Source: Mytilus galloprovincialis (taxonomy: Eukaryota). Taken from it: a stretch of 64,000 nucleotides of DNA. The DNA lies in contig NC_134842.1 of the NCBI RefSeq assembly GCF_965363235.1, positions 34,040,757 through 34,104,756 on the forward strand. The letters run 5' to 3'. Position numbers and translations under genes: made by a program. The notes under the pieces are model-generated. The model saw only the letters and a list, made by a program, of their open reading frames with translations. It did no database searches and was not told where the DNA came from. This document shows, in pieces, positions 29,076-41,444 of this stretch. Within the stretch, counting starts at the first letter, position 1. Every line of letters begins with the position of its first letter.

Positions 29076-29582
29076 AAATGTGCCGGCGAGCGAGATCGTT
29101 TGTGTTTCACTTTTCAAAGATAAAAGGATCGTTCTGGCTCCATATGCCTTTCCGCTCGCCGGCACAGAAACTTTTTCTCAGATCCTAGAGAGCCATTACG
29201 TAGCCAGCATAAGAGACACGTTAAATACAAGATTCAATGAACCTATCACCATAGGGGATAAAACTCTGATAAAATGTTATGTTTCATCTAGCTCAAACGG
29301 GGAAAAAATTGAAATGAATACATCTCTCAAGGCTATAGATGCTGTTAAAATGTTTGGTGCATATGTAAGCTTTGAGCTGACTGACAAGTTTGATTTATTT
29401 GTTTTAAATTTTGTTTTAAGAATTGTTTTCAATTAATAAAACATTTGAATGTATCAGAGCTTTTATTTAATATTAAGATTCACTAAATTTGATATTGAAA
29501 AGATCAACCAATTTCACTGTAATGGTTCTTCCTTGGTACAGGTCTTACAGTAGGCGTTCCTTACTTGCTTCAAGCAAGAGTT

Positions 29583-29862
29583 ACCTCCCATTTGCACAGT
29601 TATCTTATTTTATAATTGAAATAAATTTTTATACTTTTTTAAATGAAAAATAGTAGTTTTTGCAAATATTTCTAATAAATTTCTTTAAATGATATCTACT
29701 GTCTGATAAGATAGGATAAATTAGTATGTACATTTTTAATTCCACAAGATATAAAACATAATTTCATTAGTTTATTTTCTGAAAAAAAAGTATGCAGAAC
29801 AAAATATTAATATATTGCCAAAAAGTTTACATAAAGTATTCCAATTATAGGAAGATAACTCT
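29583..29862. mobile_element. Candidate small element, ~280 bp, bounded by the inverted repeat TCCCATTTGCA(C/G)AGTTATCTT
   Basis: 29583-29610 acctcccatttgcacagttatctt and the reverse complement of 29835-29862 match at 22 of 23 positions. Confidence 0.35.
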
Positions 29863-30439
29863 GCAAATGGGAGATAATTCATGCTTAAAGCATTATTGAT
29901 TTGATACAGGGAATTATTGATTATACATAGGTTTTAATACAACATGACACATCTCAGATCAAAACATGTCTCTTCTCAAAGGCTTCAGTATAAATGGGAA
30001 ATGTTTGAAATACCAAGGCCATTTCTCAGAATATAGTCATATCAAGTTTGTACATTGCTAAATTTCCTGTTTGTCATGTTTGCTCTTTCACTTAGATATG
30101 ACAGTATTGATCTAAAGTCACTGTTAATCAGTCCAGAACTTAAGCAGACTCTTGTGTTATTTTCTTTGTGTGTGTTTTTTTTCCTTGCTGTCTGGTAGGT
30201 TTTCTCAGAATCAGTTGACGCAAAACAAAGAAAAAAACAGACACGGCCTTACCAGGAAAAATACGACAGCCAATCAAAAGATATGTCATTAACAATCAAT
30301 TCTCCAAATAGCGAAAAACATCAAGGTATGACATGCAACAAAACCAGACAAGGTTCCTGACATATTTTTTTTTATCTCAACCCTCCTCCTTTTTAAAGCA
30401 TACTTCAGTAAAAGCCCAGAACTCTCAAAACACAGCTGT

Positions 30440-30680
30440 ATTATAGATCTCAGAAACCAAATGTCTATATAGTTAGGAACAGGGACTGTGAAAGCCTTTA
30501 AATATACCTGATAATATAAGCTATGTACAGGGGCTGTGGTATCATTTAAATACCTTGTAATAATTGCAAGGAACTAAAATAGCCTTTATACCTAAATACC
30601 TGGTAATACTAGCAAGATACAGGGGCTGATAATAATGCCCAGGTACAGATACTATAATAGCATTTAGAAGTTACATTGAA
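30440..30680. repeat. Degenerate ~45-50-bp tandem repeat, 3-4 units (acagggRctgtg...taaatacctNgtaata...)
   Basis: The motif acaggg(g)ctg ... aaatacct.gtaata recurs three times. Confidence 0.4.
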
Positions 30681-30852
30681 TGTCTATGATAATCAACTGA
30701 AATTGAGTAGTAAGTTTCCTGTCAAAATTCTTCAAATAATGGTCTATGTTACATATTTGTTTTTAGTTAATTATTTTGTACATTAATTTGGCCGTTAGTT
30801 TTCTTGTTTGAATTGTTTTACATTAGTCATTTTGTGGCCTTTTGTAGCGGAC

Positions 30853-30940
30853 TATGCTGTAAGGGCTTTGCTCATTGTTCGGTGACCTATAGTTGTTAAT
30901 TTCTGTCTCATTGGCAGTCATACCACATCTTCTTTTTTAT
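30853..30940 (+). repeat. SINE/MITE-like short dispersed repeat, family S1 (...gggctttgctcattgttgaaggccgtacagtgacctatagttgttaat...ggtctctggtggagagttgtctcattggcaatcataccacatcttc), partial copy
   Basis: Shares more than 80% of its sequence with copies at 34507, 48584, 61330 and 62502. Confidence 0.6.
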
Positions 30941-32126
30941 CTATACAATAAATTAACACAGTATACTGCTATTGTAGAGGTCAGTGATTTGTACTGGTTG
31001 AAGTCAGTCAGCTTTTTCATACTTCAACTTGGAGTATAATCTGACTACCAGCAAACTGTCGGGCTTCACATGATACTTTGCAGTCATCCAAATTAGTGTG
31101 TAGCATGTATTTTGTGTGTTGTTTCTTTTATTTATGAGGTATGTCATGTCCAGGGTTTTGGTACCCAGAAAAAAAAACTATCTTAATATTTAATCTTATG
31201 CCAGTGTGAAGTCAAAATAAATAGCCTGTTTGATGTTCTGTTGTGTTCAGTCTTTGTTCAAAAGATTTTATTACTTTAATTTCTTTTAAAGTATGTGGTT
31301 AGTGAATTTTTGTTAAGTTTAATATCTTGATATTTCTAAATATTGTAGTTTTTCTTGCTCACTAATAGAAAACAAATAGTACTGAAACATGTGAAATAAG
31401 AAGGTGATTATATTTAAATTTTTTATTAACTTTTCTGTTAAAAGTATTTTAATACCTTTTTTTTAAATCCACTACAACTAACCATACATTACATGATTTA
31501 TAACGATATATAATCACGATATTTACAGTTATGATTGTATTAGGTGCTTACAATAAGTCAATATAAAAGTGGCTGTATGTAAACAGTAAATAATATAAAT
31601 AACAGACATATATGACTTATTCACCACAGGAGTAAGACAATGATTATTGCACAAAAATTTTGTGTCCTTTTTTATGTTTTTAACAGTATATAAAAGTTAT
31701 TAAATAATCAAAACTAATAAAGATCAAGATTACTTTCTAATAATAATTTGGATATGAAAATGATATAAAACTATACAATGAAAATAGGAGAGCACTATAA
31801 ATTTTTATCACATACTTGGTCCATTACTTTTATCAGAATAATATTTTCACACCTCTTTCACTAAAATCCCAAAGTATCACTAGTACTCTCACATCTTTAC
31901 TTATCACTCAAACATTTTGTCCATTCAAATAAAAAAAAATAACAAAAAGAAACAAAATTATATTCAACAAAATACGGAAGAAGATAATGAAATAAATTCT
32001 AACGATATGTGTACAACAAAAAATAAACATAAATGTTTCACCACGGATTACATCAGTCAGTATGGTTACTAAAGGTCATAGTTCAAACTTTATTTTGGTG
32101 TTACGTCACAGTTTAACACTAAAGTC

Positions 32127-32464
32127 TAATCATCATCTTCCTCTTCAGACCTCCTGTTCCTCTTTGCTGGCATCATACCTCCAATTAATCCATTAGCCGT
32201 ATTAAACAGATTAATTGGTGTGCTACCGTCCGTGATTAAGGTGGATTTCAGGCCCAGGGACTGCAACATACGGACCTGTTGGTCTGGTCCAGCCGAAGCC
32301 ATTGTTGCCAATGTATTTGCTCCAATAGCATCCACCATGTTCTTGAATTTTGTTGTCTCGATAGTAGACATTTCTTTTGATTTTGAAAGTTCCATATCAT
32401 TCTGCTCCCTCACATATTTAAGTTCTGCCTCTCTCGCCTGTGTAAGTCTTTCTAATTCAGATTC
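32127..32464 (-). CDS. MVP: Major vault protein, last coding exon (E12): [112 protein letters not shown], then stop
   Basis: The C-terminal motif [23 protein letters not shown] matches vertebrate MVP almost exactly. Acceptor tttgtag|GAATCT at about 32465. Candidate poly(A) signal AATAAA on the minus strand at about 32090-32095. Confidence 0.85.
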
Positions 32465-32877
32465 CTACAAAGTCAACAAAGAAATTGAAAATATGCCCTC
32501 AACTTTTGCATTATCAAGAGTAAACATGTACCTTGACATTTGGATTAGAAAAATAAAGTATTCAATTTGTAAGACAATTTTCATTAATTACTTTCAACTG
32601 CTTCCTAATAACTTTATTCCTAGTTGTTGTTTTATTAAAATATACTTTTAAAACTTTCTACAAGGTATGTGTTTTGTTCATTGTTGAAGAGCATACTGTT
32701 CTCTGTAGTTGTTTACATTCTTATCCATTGGTCTCAGCTTGAAAGTTACGCCATTGACAATCTTACAACATCTCCTTATTTTTTATATTATAACAGATAC
32801 TGTGGATTCTTTTCTTTTCATGGCTAATGGATACAAATATCCATGGATTGAGAAAGTCCAGACAAGCAATAGGAGAT

Positions 32878-32960
32878 TTGTAGTTTGTTGAACATTTAAA
32901 TTTGTGGTTTACTTGTACCCAGGAAATACACAATAATTGGTATCCCAGGAATAATAACTG
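32878..32960 (+). repeat. Dispersed repeat, family R2 (gttgaacatttaaatttgtggtttacttgtacccagg...)
   Basis: ~80% match to 39063-39140 (gttgaacatttgaatttgtagttcacctgtacccaca). The ORFs 32763-33047 and 39000-39257 share the translated motif WVQVN(H/Y)KFKCST. Confidence 0.4.
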
Positions 32961-33360
32961 ATCCGCAGTATGTATATGTTTAAGGATGTTCGCTCTTCTT
33001 GTTTTTGATTTTTTGCAAGATATTCGGAATCCTCTGGTTTTATCCATGTAAGGCCATTAAAAATTTTGCCCTTACCTCTACTTTTCTTTTCATAATTTGA
33101 TTACAAATAGTTTAAAATGTCATATATGAAAATCTTACAAAATCCTTGTTATTTTTTATTCGTTTTTGAAAGAAAAAAGGTGCAAATGTTAAGTGTATGA
33201 AAAATCTAGAGAGAATTAATTCCCGCCAAATTTTCAATGGCTTATATCTAGAAAACAAGCACACGGGCCATTCATTTTTTTCTGCTTTTTTAGTTTCATT
33301 ATTTATATACTGTCAATTTATAATATTCTTTTAAAAAGCTGGTTATTTAGGATATAACTG

Positions 33361-33495
33361 TATTGTATTTTAAGCTCCGATGGCATCAATTGGGGATTTG
33401 ATGGTCGCAAATTAAGTTTACTGGCGACGCGTTAGCAGAGACAGTAAACGGGTATTTGCGACCATCAAATCCCCAATTGATGCCATCGGAGCTTA
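33361..33495. repeat. Perfect 52-bp inverted repeat (tattgtattttaagctccgatggcatcaattggggatttgatggtcgcaaat / reverse complement) with a 31-bp loop. Foldback element in MVP intron 11.
   Basis: Arms 33361-33412 and 33444-33495 are exact reverse complements. A related mini-palindrome, catagcatcaattgtcaattgatgccatg, sits at about 33600-33630. Confidence 0.85.
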
Positions 33496-33765
33496 AAATA
33501 CAATATTGTTATCTCCATTCTAATGAAACTGACAGAAAACAACGTTAAAACCTGTATTCAAAATATGTCATATGCCGTCTGCGCTTGCGCGTACGTCCCA
33601 TAGCATCAATTGTCAATTGATGCCATGTAAATAAGTGACGTTATCCAATCAAAATGAACGTTACAAACATTGTTGCATTAGAATTTGAAATAGAGTAATG
33701 AACATCCTTAAATCACTGGGTGCATACCCTTTGATTCTGACAGGGCAACACATTATTCTACTTAC

Positions 33766-34009
33766 TGCTTCAATCTTCATGGCCTGTGATTTCAGTTTGG
33801 CTTGGTCTACAGCTGCCTCGCCCTCAATCCTGGCAGCTTCAGCTCGGGACTGTGCCTCTGCTTTAGCCTGACCAGTACTCTCTACTGCAGCACTGTTTGC
33901 CTGTAATTCTAACAATTGTTTCCTAGATTTCTCAGCTTCTGCTTCATCTGATATCTTTTGTCTCTCTAATCTTCCTTTAGCTTCCTGTTCTAATCTTTCT
34001 GCTTCATGC
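33766..34009 (-). CDS. MVP: MVP exon E11, coiled-coil cap-helix region: (R)[81 protein letters not shown]
   Basis: Strong similarity to the MVP region ...[37 protein letters not shown]...[10 protein letters not shown]. Acceptor ttttcag|GCATGAAGC; donor GCA|GTAAGT. Confidence 0.85.
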
Positions 34010-34506
34010 CTGAAAAAAAATATAGATTGATAAAATTCTCCATTTACATTCATTCATTTGTGTTCTGCATATAGCTTCCAAGCATGATAAGAATATAATT
34101 CTTTTGTTTCTGAACAACCATGCAAATCATGTACAGGTTCCCAACAATAGGGAGCAGGACCCATTCTATTCATTATGGTATGTAAGTTGAAACAAATTTA
34201 GTAACCAACTTTTTGCAACTGTTCATGAATCATGTTTTGAATAAAAAATTTAAACATTTAGCAGGAAATTTTCAAACATAATTTGGGCAAATATACATTG
34301 CTGTGATATAAATATATATTGCTGTGATATAAACATACATTGCTGTGATATAATTATATATTGCATTTTTCTAGAACATGGTAAGTCAATATCTGTATAA
34401 GCTCACTAGCTTATAGTCAACCGTCAGGCCAGGCGGTTATAAAAATTTAGAGTATAATTTTCGTACTCAAACTCAGAATTCACTTTATAGCTTACTATGC
34501 AGTATT

Positions 34507-34612
34507 GGTTTTGCTCATTGTTGAAGGCCATACGGTGACCTTAATTTGTTAACTTTTATGTAATTTGGTCTCTGGTGGAGAGTTGTCTCATTGGCAATCA
34601 TACCGCATCTCC
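34507..34612 (+). repeat. S1 SINE/MITE-like repeat copy in MVP intron 10
   Basis: ggttttgctcattgttgaaggccatacggtgacc...ggtctctggtggagagttgtctcattggcaatcataccgcatc. Confidence 0.6.
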
Positions 34613-34738
34613 AATTTTATAAATATTCTACAGTCATCTTGAATTGAACTGTGTTTTAATGACTACTTTGCAGTAGTCTCCTGTACAATAATTGTGTGTT
34701 TTTAAGATACCAGTATAAGTTTCCATAGAGTTATCTAC

Positions 34739-34950
34739 CTTGCAGCAGCTTCCTGTGAGTTTGTTGTGATTTCAATGGCCAGTTGTACAGATTTCTGTAA
34801 GGCATCTCTTGTTCTCTGATCTACAGGCTCAACAGATTGGATATCAATACTGGTGAATACCAAGTTGTTTTGTGGGAATTTGAAAACTTCACGTACTTTG
34901 TCTTTGTCATCAAAACCAAACACAGAAGATCTGATGATCCTTGCAGAATT
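34739..34950 (-). CDS. MVP: MVP exon E10: [70 protein letters not shown]
   Basis: Matches the MVP shoulder region (...NSARIIRTAVFG...[36 protein letters not shown]). Acceptor tatgttacag|AATTCT; donor AG|GTAGAT. Confidence 0.85.
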
Positions 34951-35537
34951 CTGTAACATAAATGTGCAAATTTCTTAATTCTGAATTTTTCTGTCCACAG
35001 TAGATAATTTTCAGTTTGTACTGATTAATTGTGATCAAAATTTTTGTTTTTTATGGCATAATATATTTTTTCTTCATTTGATAGGATTGATTCACTCCTT
35101 GCCGAGGGTGGTAAAGGGTTATTTTCATGCAAAGTGTTTTGCCATTTTTATTTCACGTGCAGCTGTGAAAAAGGTTCGTTCTTCAGTGTTTCGTGAAATT
35201 GGTAATAAGATCAACGAGCAGGAAACTTGTAATTGTTCGTTCATCTTGAAATGGCAATTTTATTTCACGTTCAGATACCCTCCCTCTATATGCCCCTCCT
35301 TGCTCTGATGAGAAAAAATTACATTATGCAGTGATATAAACATGAAGTTTCCCATCTATCAATATGCCTCATGGAACACCAAAGGATATTCAAGAGTGGT
35401 TCTCTTACGCTCTTGAGTTTTTAGCACCACCCCTGGATTTTGAGAAAAGTTTGGAAAATAGTTCTTTAGTATAATTTTGAAAGACAATTTTTAGCTCATG
35501 TTTATTTGTTCATAAAATTAAAATGCAAGGTTAAATT

Positions 35538-35600
35538 CTATGCCATTTTGTCTCTGGTGGAGATTACTCAAATTGCCAATCATACCACACATTTACTTTT
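35538..35600 (+). repeat. Partial S1 repeat copy
   Basis: gtctctggtggagattactcaaattgccaatcataccacaca. Confidence 0.45.
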
Positions 35601-35764
35601 ATTTGCGCAATATTTATGAATATTTTCTCAATAGCTAAAACAATTTTTATATGCGTAATATTTATGAATAGAACAATAATTTTATGAGTTTGACCTATAA
35701 AAGAATTTCAGTGGTAATACCTGTGTCTATTAAGATCTACACTTGTACAGATTATTAATCATAC

Positions 35765-36107
35765 CTTGTGGAAATCATCAAACTGTACTTGAGCCACGGC
35801 TCCTCTAATCCGGGAGGCAATGGCCTTGCAGGCATCCCCAACAAAATCAGGTACACTGAAAATCTTAGATGCCTCAGTCTTATCTTCTTTATTTTTAATA
35901 TCAAAGTGCCAGTTGTATGACAGCTGAAGTGACAATCTAGCGTGATCGGCTGTTTCTACGGTGATAATGTCAGTACAGAAATCAGGTCCAAGAAGTAAAC
36001 ACAATGATTTGATAACATTTTGTTTCTTTGGTTTACCTCCAGAGAGACTAAGCTGTGTGAATTGTTCATCTGGACCCAACATAACTAATTCTGGACCAAA
36101 CACAACT
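35765..36107 (-). CDS. MVP: MVP exon E9: (R)[114 protein letters not shown]
   Basis: Near-identical to the MVP blocks [34 protein letters not shown] and [22 protein letters not shown]. Acceptor cctttatag|AGTTGTG; donor AAG|GTATGA. Confidence 0.9.
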
Positions 36108-36189
36108 CTATAAAGGAAAGAAAATTACAAGTGGTATTATTTCTATGTAACTAACTTCTGTGCAATCATCATCAATTGTTTGATACTTA

Positions 36190-36973
36190 GACCCTGTTCA
36201 CATTAGCATTTTTTTTATCGATCTAATTTGAATCGATCTAAATAAAACCAGTTAGCGTTCACATTATCTTTAATCATATCGATCTCTATCGGTCTAATAT
36301 GAACCACTGCGTTCACACTACAATTAAAAACGCAATCAATCTAACCTTTTTGCCCGTAAAACTGTAAACACTGTGTATTATAAATGTTATAAATAGAACT
36401 GATTTATCAAATGCATGTGCTGATACACTGATACACACACTTGGAAAAAAAAATTGGATAAAGTTATTGTTTCTCTTGAATCACAATTTAAAATTTTGAT
36501 ACTGGTGTTATTGCAGTTTTCTTTAATTTTGAAAAAAATAACTGTAGAAACGAAGTTACAACACGACGCCGGAAATACTGCGGTTCCTGCAAAGTAAAAA
36601 AAATCAACATAAGAAAAGAAGACACAGATTTCGAAAATCTATGCTATGGCGAAGACAACATGTTTACAGTTTGTTTTAAAGGTCTTTTAACAGAGAACTA
36701 TGGGTTAAACAACGAACCTATGTGATAGTTTTGCCGCTATACATGCGCATACGTTATTTTCGATTCAATCGTACTAGTTTAAACCGATCTCTGCGTTCAC
36801 ATCTAAAGTAAGATCGGTTTACTTTAGATCGATTCAAACTAAATTACCTCTTTTGGTGTTTTAGTTTAGACCGATTGAAGATCGATTCAATGCGTTCACA
36901 TTAGCCCTTAAACCGATCTAAAGTGAACCGGTCTAGTTTAAATCGATAAAAATGTCCTAGTGTGAACGGGGTC
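36190..36973. mobile_element. MITE-like non-autonomous DNA element (~785 bp) in MVP intron 8. Terminal inverted repeats GACCCTGTTCACATTAGC / CTAGTGTGAACGGGGTC; flanked by TA dinucleotides.
   Basis: The reverse complement of the 3' end is GACCCCGTTCACACTAGG, 15 of 18 matching the 5' end. TA at 36188-36189 and 36974-36975 suggests a Tc1/mariner-type target-site duplication. The interior has cgatc(t)aaa / gttcacat sub-repeats. Confidence 0.6.
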
Positions 36974-37488
36974 TAATTTTCTAGGATTTCAAGGGTATTG
37001 ATTAAATTTGTGAATTTTAAGTTTTCAATAAAATACAAATTTTGCCAAAATTGTCTGAATCAATCAACAATTATCAAAGATTTACATAAAGAACTTTGTT
37101 TGTTTCTTTCTAGATATTTGATTCCAGTTTCAGCAAAATTTGCCATACCATAGTGGTCAGATTTAATTAATTGAGAAAGCAGGAGTAACCATAAAGAACC
37201 ATTGATATTCAGCAGGAAAACTGGCATTTCTTGTTGATTAAGATTGATGTCTAACATACTTGGAACCCGCTGAGTTTGAACTCGCAACCTTAAATCGAAA
37301 GATTGTGATGATTGTATATGAACCTCTTAGACCATTAGGCCACTAAAGCCCTGAAGAAGTTGGTTTACAATGTGTACTTTCTACTCAATCAATATTCATA
37401 GATTGTTATGAATCAAATGACTAGCCTGATTCTGCTCATGGCCTGTTGGATATGGGAATGTATACACTGAGTATGAAAAACTATTTAC

Positions 37489-37727
37489 CTGGCTTTCTTT
37501 TCTTTATAATCATAAATCTGTACTGCAGCATTGTGTGGAACTCTGAATGTGACAACACGAGTCTTGTCGCGTGGTTTGGATGAATCACTTGATTTGGACC
37601 TATCACTCCTGTCTGCCATAGGGTCTTTTCCTTGGGCAAGAAGGGTCTCAACTGCAGGAGGAAGTTCTTTGGCCCATAATTCCTCATCTTGGTTTAACAT
37701 ATAGGTTTCTCCAGTTACAGCTCTGAC
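37489..37727 (-). CDS. MVP: MVP exon E8: [79 protein letters not shown](R)
   Basis: Matches MVP ...[29 protein letters not shown]...[19 protein letters not shown]. Acceptor ttatag|GTCAGAG; donor AG|GTAAAT. Confidence 0.85.
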
Positions 37728-38162
37728 CTATAATATGTATAATGTTAATCTTAGTCAAAACTTCACTAGTGTAAAGACAATATCAAACGTTGATGGATGA
37801 TGGGAGATGTTACTATTTAAATGGTTTGTGTGTTCTCTCAATAATGATATACAGTACCCAGTGTATTTTAAAAACATAACAATACATCAAATCTTAATTT
37901 ATAATTTTTGGTCAAAATAGAGATCCCCGGTGTTTCATAACATACACAAAATTCTCGGAATTGTTCAGTTACAAAATAGGTTGTTTTTTGTTTAACAAAA
38001 TTCATGAAAAAATCCTCACTTCAAAAAATAACTTCATTTTGCTAAATATTCCATTTAAAAAAGATTTTTTATCTTTCTTTTGAATTTAAAAAAAAAATGA
38101 ATTTGTTATTGTTGATTTCAAGTTTTAATGTTAGTATATATATATATATGTGTAACACCAAC

Positions 38163-38312
38163 CTTTCCAGTTTTAATATCTCTGACATAGATTCCCTCAT
38201 TTTCGTCCAATGGGATTGCAGTTCTCTTCATGATGACCTCGACCTCTACAGGTGGTACATATTCTGCTGGTCCCCTGATCATCCATTTATCTCCTGGTTT
38301 CCTTTCAACATC
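38163..38312 (-). CDS. MVP: MVP exon E7: [50 protein letters not shown]
   Basis: Matches [48 protein letters not shown]. Acceptor tatttaag|GATGTT. The donor AAG|GTTGGT is weak but needed to join E8 and give the TGKVRAV motif. Confidence 0.8.
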
Positions 38313-39062
38313 CTTAAATAAAAAGTTTGATAATAAATAACTTTGTTGTCACAAAAAATCTTTCCCAACAGAATCTTGATTTTGTAAATCTTGTTTTGAC
38401 TATCTTTTTATGTGCTAGTATGAAAAGAAATGACTTCTGAAGACTTAAACTGATAGTATTTATAAAACTACCAACAGTTCTACATTAAAAAGCAGCCATA
38501 AAAGTATAAAGTTGAAATGAAAAACTTGTTAGTGCAAAAACTTAAGTCAATAAGCATGGTAAATGCACTGAGAAAAACTTTGTCAAAGGACTGAACTTGT
38601 ACTTCATGAAAAATATTTTATTGCTCATGCAGAGATAGAACCCCTTTGAAGCTACATTAAGGCTATATGTTGTAAACTCGAAATAAATCATCTTTAAAGC
38701 CAGATTAAGTACACAGAAAACAGGTATCTATTAGTAAAGGAGTTTGATGAAATGTGTTTTGAAATTTGAATGAATAGAAATCTCAAACATGTAAGTCTTG
38801 AAAATGTAAAAAATGAAAATACTATTATGTTCAAGCAGATATGGCATGAATACCAAGCAAACTTATTAATAGACAGCTTTGAAAATATCAAGAATGAGCA
38901 TCTCTAATTAAATCAATTTGAGGCTAATAAGTTATTTATTATTCCTTTATTTTAAGGGATACATAATGATCAATTTTCGTTGATGGAGGATAATTTGCAT
39001 TAAAGTGGATATTTTATTTCTTGGTATTGCCAATCTGTGCTTTTGAAGTCATTAAAAAATTT

Positions 39063-39140
39063 GTAATGTGTTGAACATTTGAATTTGTAGTTCACCTGTA
39101 CCCACAAAACCCATGAAAGTTGGCATCCAATGAATAATAG
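39063..39140 (+). repeat. R2 dispersed repeat copy in MVP intron 7
   Basis: See 32878-32960. Confidence 0.4.
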
Positions 39141-40430
39141 AGTATTGCTTCTTATTGTCCAGTGGCAAGTATTACATAGATATTGGGAACAATAAAAGGC
39201 TAATGAGATATGAATATTAGATGACAGCATGAAAATAACTGATTTATTTTGTATCAAGAATTTGTTCTTGAAAATTAAGCTTATTAATATTTATTATGTA
39301 TCAAGAAGTTCTTGAAAATAACTTATTCAAATCCTTGATTTTAAAATTTCTTTTGAAAACTTGAACAAAAGATTATTGAAATAATATATTCAAACAACAC
39401 TGAATTTTTAAATATCTATTTACAAAGCGAAGTCACTGTGACTTACTTTTGTATAAACAGTATAGGAATCTCCCAATGGAATTGATGTTGAAATATGAAC
39501 CTAATATAAAGCATACTTATGTTATTGAAGCACACATTATAAGAAATCTTTTGTTATTATTTAGTACATTTATACAAATTGTAGCACTTTGCAATGCAAA
39601 CAGCTGAATTACATATCATTCAGGAAATCTACAAATTAACAACTAAATTATGTTTTGAAAAAGTTAAATGTCTTTGTTTATTGAACTATAAATAATTTGT
39701 TCTTTTTTCATTGTCTTTAATTAATCGATCTAGTTTCATATAAAAAGCATGGTTTGTTTTCATGATTCCCTTTAATGATGAGAAAAAACACTGGACAATT
39801 TAAGGCATTAGCAAAACACATTAGTAAAACACATTAGCAAAACAGGGATTAAAGGACAAACACACATTGAAAACACTAGATAATCAAAGGAAGCACTTCC
39901 TATTCTGAAGCAGCTAGCACATTACTTATATCTAATGTGTATGACAAGAATCACAGTTAGATCAAAGCACTGAAAGCATTAAGTGCACTTGCTGACTTAC
40001 TTTTTCATCAGGCTGAAATAAACAAAAAGGTAATATTCACCTTTTCTCTTCTCTGCTTTACACTTTAATGTTATTTGACATTTTACCATTTCAGAATCTA
40101 CCAGTAATGCATTTTGGGTAAAAACAAATTAAAAATGCCAAAAATGCAATTTGTTTTTCCAGAAAATAATGGATTTCCAACCAAAGGTGTAATGTAAACT
40201 TTACTTAGGTGTTTGAACAGCTTAAAATACCTTAGAGTCCCTTAGATCCTGAAATGGCAAATTAGTCAAAGAGAGACAGGCAGAATTAACATAAGCAGAC
40301 TTTTAATATTATGGTATACAACAAAATATTAACATGCAGAGTAAATAAATGTTATACAACAAAACAATCTAATCTTTTGACATAACTTTGAAAAATATAT
40401 GTTCACTGCATAGTGTACTGAATTTAAACA

Positions 40431-40910
40431 CTTCTATAAACCAGATGCTCTGCAGGGCACAGCTTTATACGACCGCAGAGGTTGAACCCTGAACAGTTGG
40501 GGCAAGTATGGACACAACATTTAAGCTTCATACAGCTCTGAATTTAGATTGTGATTAAATAGTTGACACAACATAGGTTTCTGACACAGAATGAATGTGG
40601 TCTAAGAACTTAAACTTAAAAAGTTAAAAATTTTAAATTGGACATTTACCTATTATGATCCAATATCCAAAATCTTAATACATGGTTAGATTCAGCATAT
40701 CATAAAACCACAAGAATTCAATTTTAGATAAAAACAATTTATGTTCAATTTTAGACCCTTTAGACCTCAATGTGGACCAATTTGATAACTGGGCGCAAAT
40801 ATTAAAAATCTAAATACATGGTTAGTTTTAGCATATTGAAGAACCCCATATATTCAATTTTTGTTGAAATCAAACAAAGTTTAATTTTTGACCATTTGGA
40901 CCTTAAAGTC
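40431..40910 (+). mobile_element. Fragment of the composite tandem-array element family (see 53881-55848): conserved head (ccagatgctctgcagggcacagctttatacgaccgcagaggttgaacc...) plus ~108-bp units. In MVP intron 7.
   Basis: Head at 40431-40620 is more than 90% identical to the heads at 51862, 52977, 53881 and 56683. Followed by units of the ttggaccctttggacc...tttaatt type. Confidence 0.7.
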
Positions 40911-41444
40911 ATGAAACGAGTGACTAGTGAAAAATAATGTTTATCCAATTCTTGAACCAATGCATGTATATATCATAAACTTAGTCTTCTGTGCACGATT
41001 TTATCATTTTTGACGCAAATATATTGTAGAATCGTCAATTTTTTCTCTCTCTGTCTGTTAAGATTTAACAAATATGGCTGGCTCGAAGTTAACCGATTGT
41101 CACCTTATACTAAACAAACAACAAAAAAGCATGGGTATTGAGCTTGTGTTTAACATGTACAATCAGATAATTGTTTATTTTAATGACAAATCCAAGCGAA
41201 TAGCGATCACCGGAATTTTTATGAGGAGGGTCACGCTAAGGTCACTATGCATACGGAAAATATGTCTGCAAATTGCTTCCTGGAAGCAAGCAATTAAAAA
41301 AAAAGTAAACTTCTTCTAAATGTGGACAAATTAAAGAATTTTCTTCAGAAAAAAGTATATGTGCATAAGTTATATAATGAAAACTATCCATTTAGTTATA
41401 AAAACATATGTATATTTTTTTTTAATTTGAGGTTTCAATTTGAA

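Noticed and set aside
28843-29436. 197-aa ORF as a protein-coding gene
   Set aside because: No recognisable domain, and it overlaps nested inverted repeats. It is kept only as a finding to be checked, not as an annotated CDS.
32220-32651. 143-aa plus-strand ORF
   Set aside because: Antisense to the MVP last exon and 3' intron; a shadow ORF.
37253-37345. tRNA-like stretch on the minus strand (GGGCTTTAGTGGCCTAATGG...GCGAGTTCAAACTCAGCGGGTTCCA)
   Set aside because: It has a T-loop-like GAGTTCAAACTC and a D-arm-like TAGTGG. The 5' and 3' ends cannot pair as an acceptor stem, and the middle segment is 30 nt too long. At best it is a degraded tRNA-derived SINE head, not a tRNA gene.
41074-41319. 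81-aa plus-strand ORF in MVP intron 7
   Set aside because: Isolated and low-complexity, with no splice context or homology. It sits between HINE fragments.
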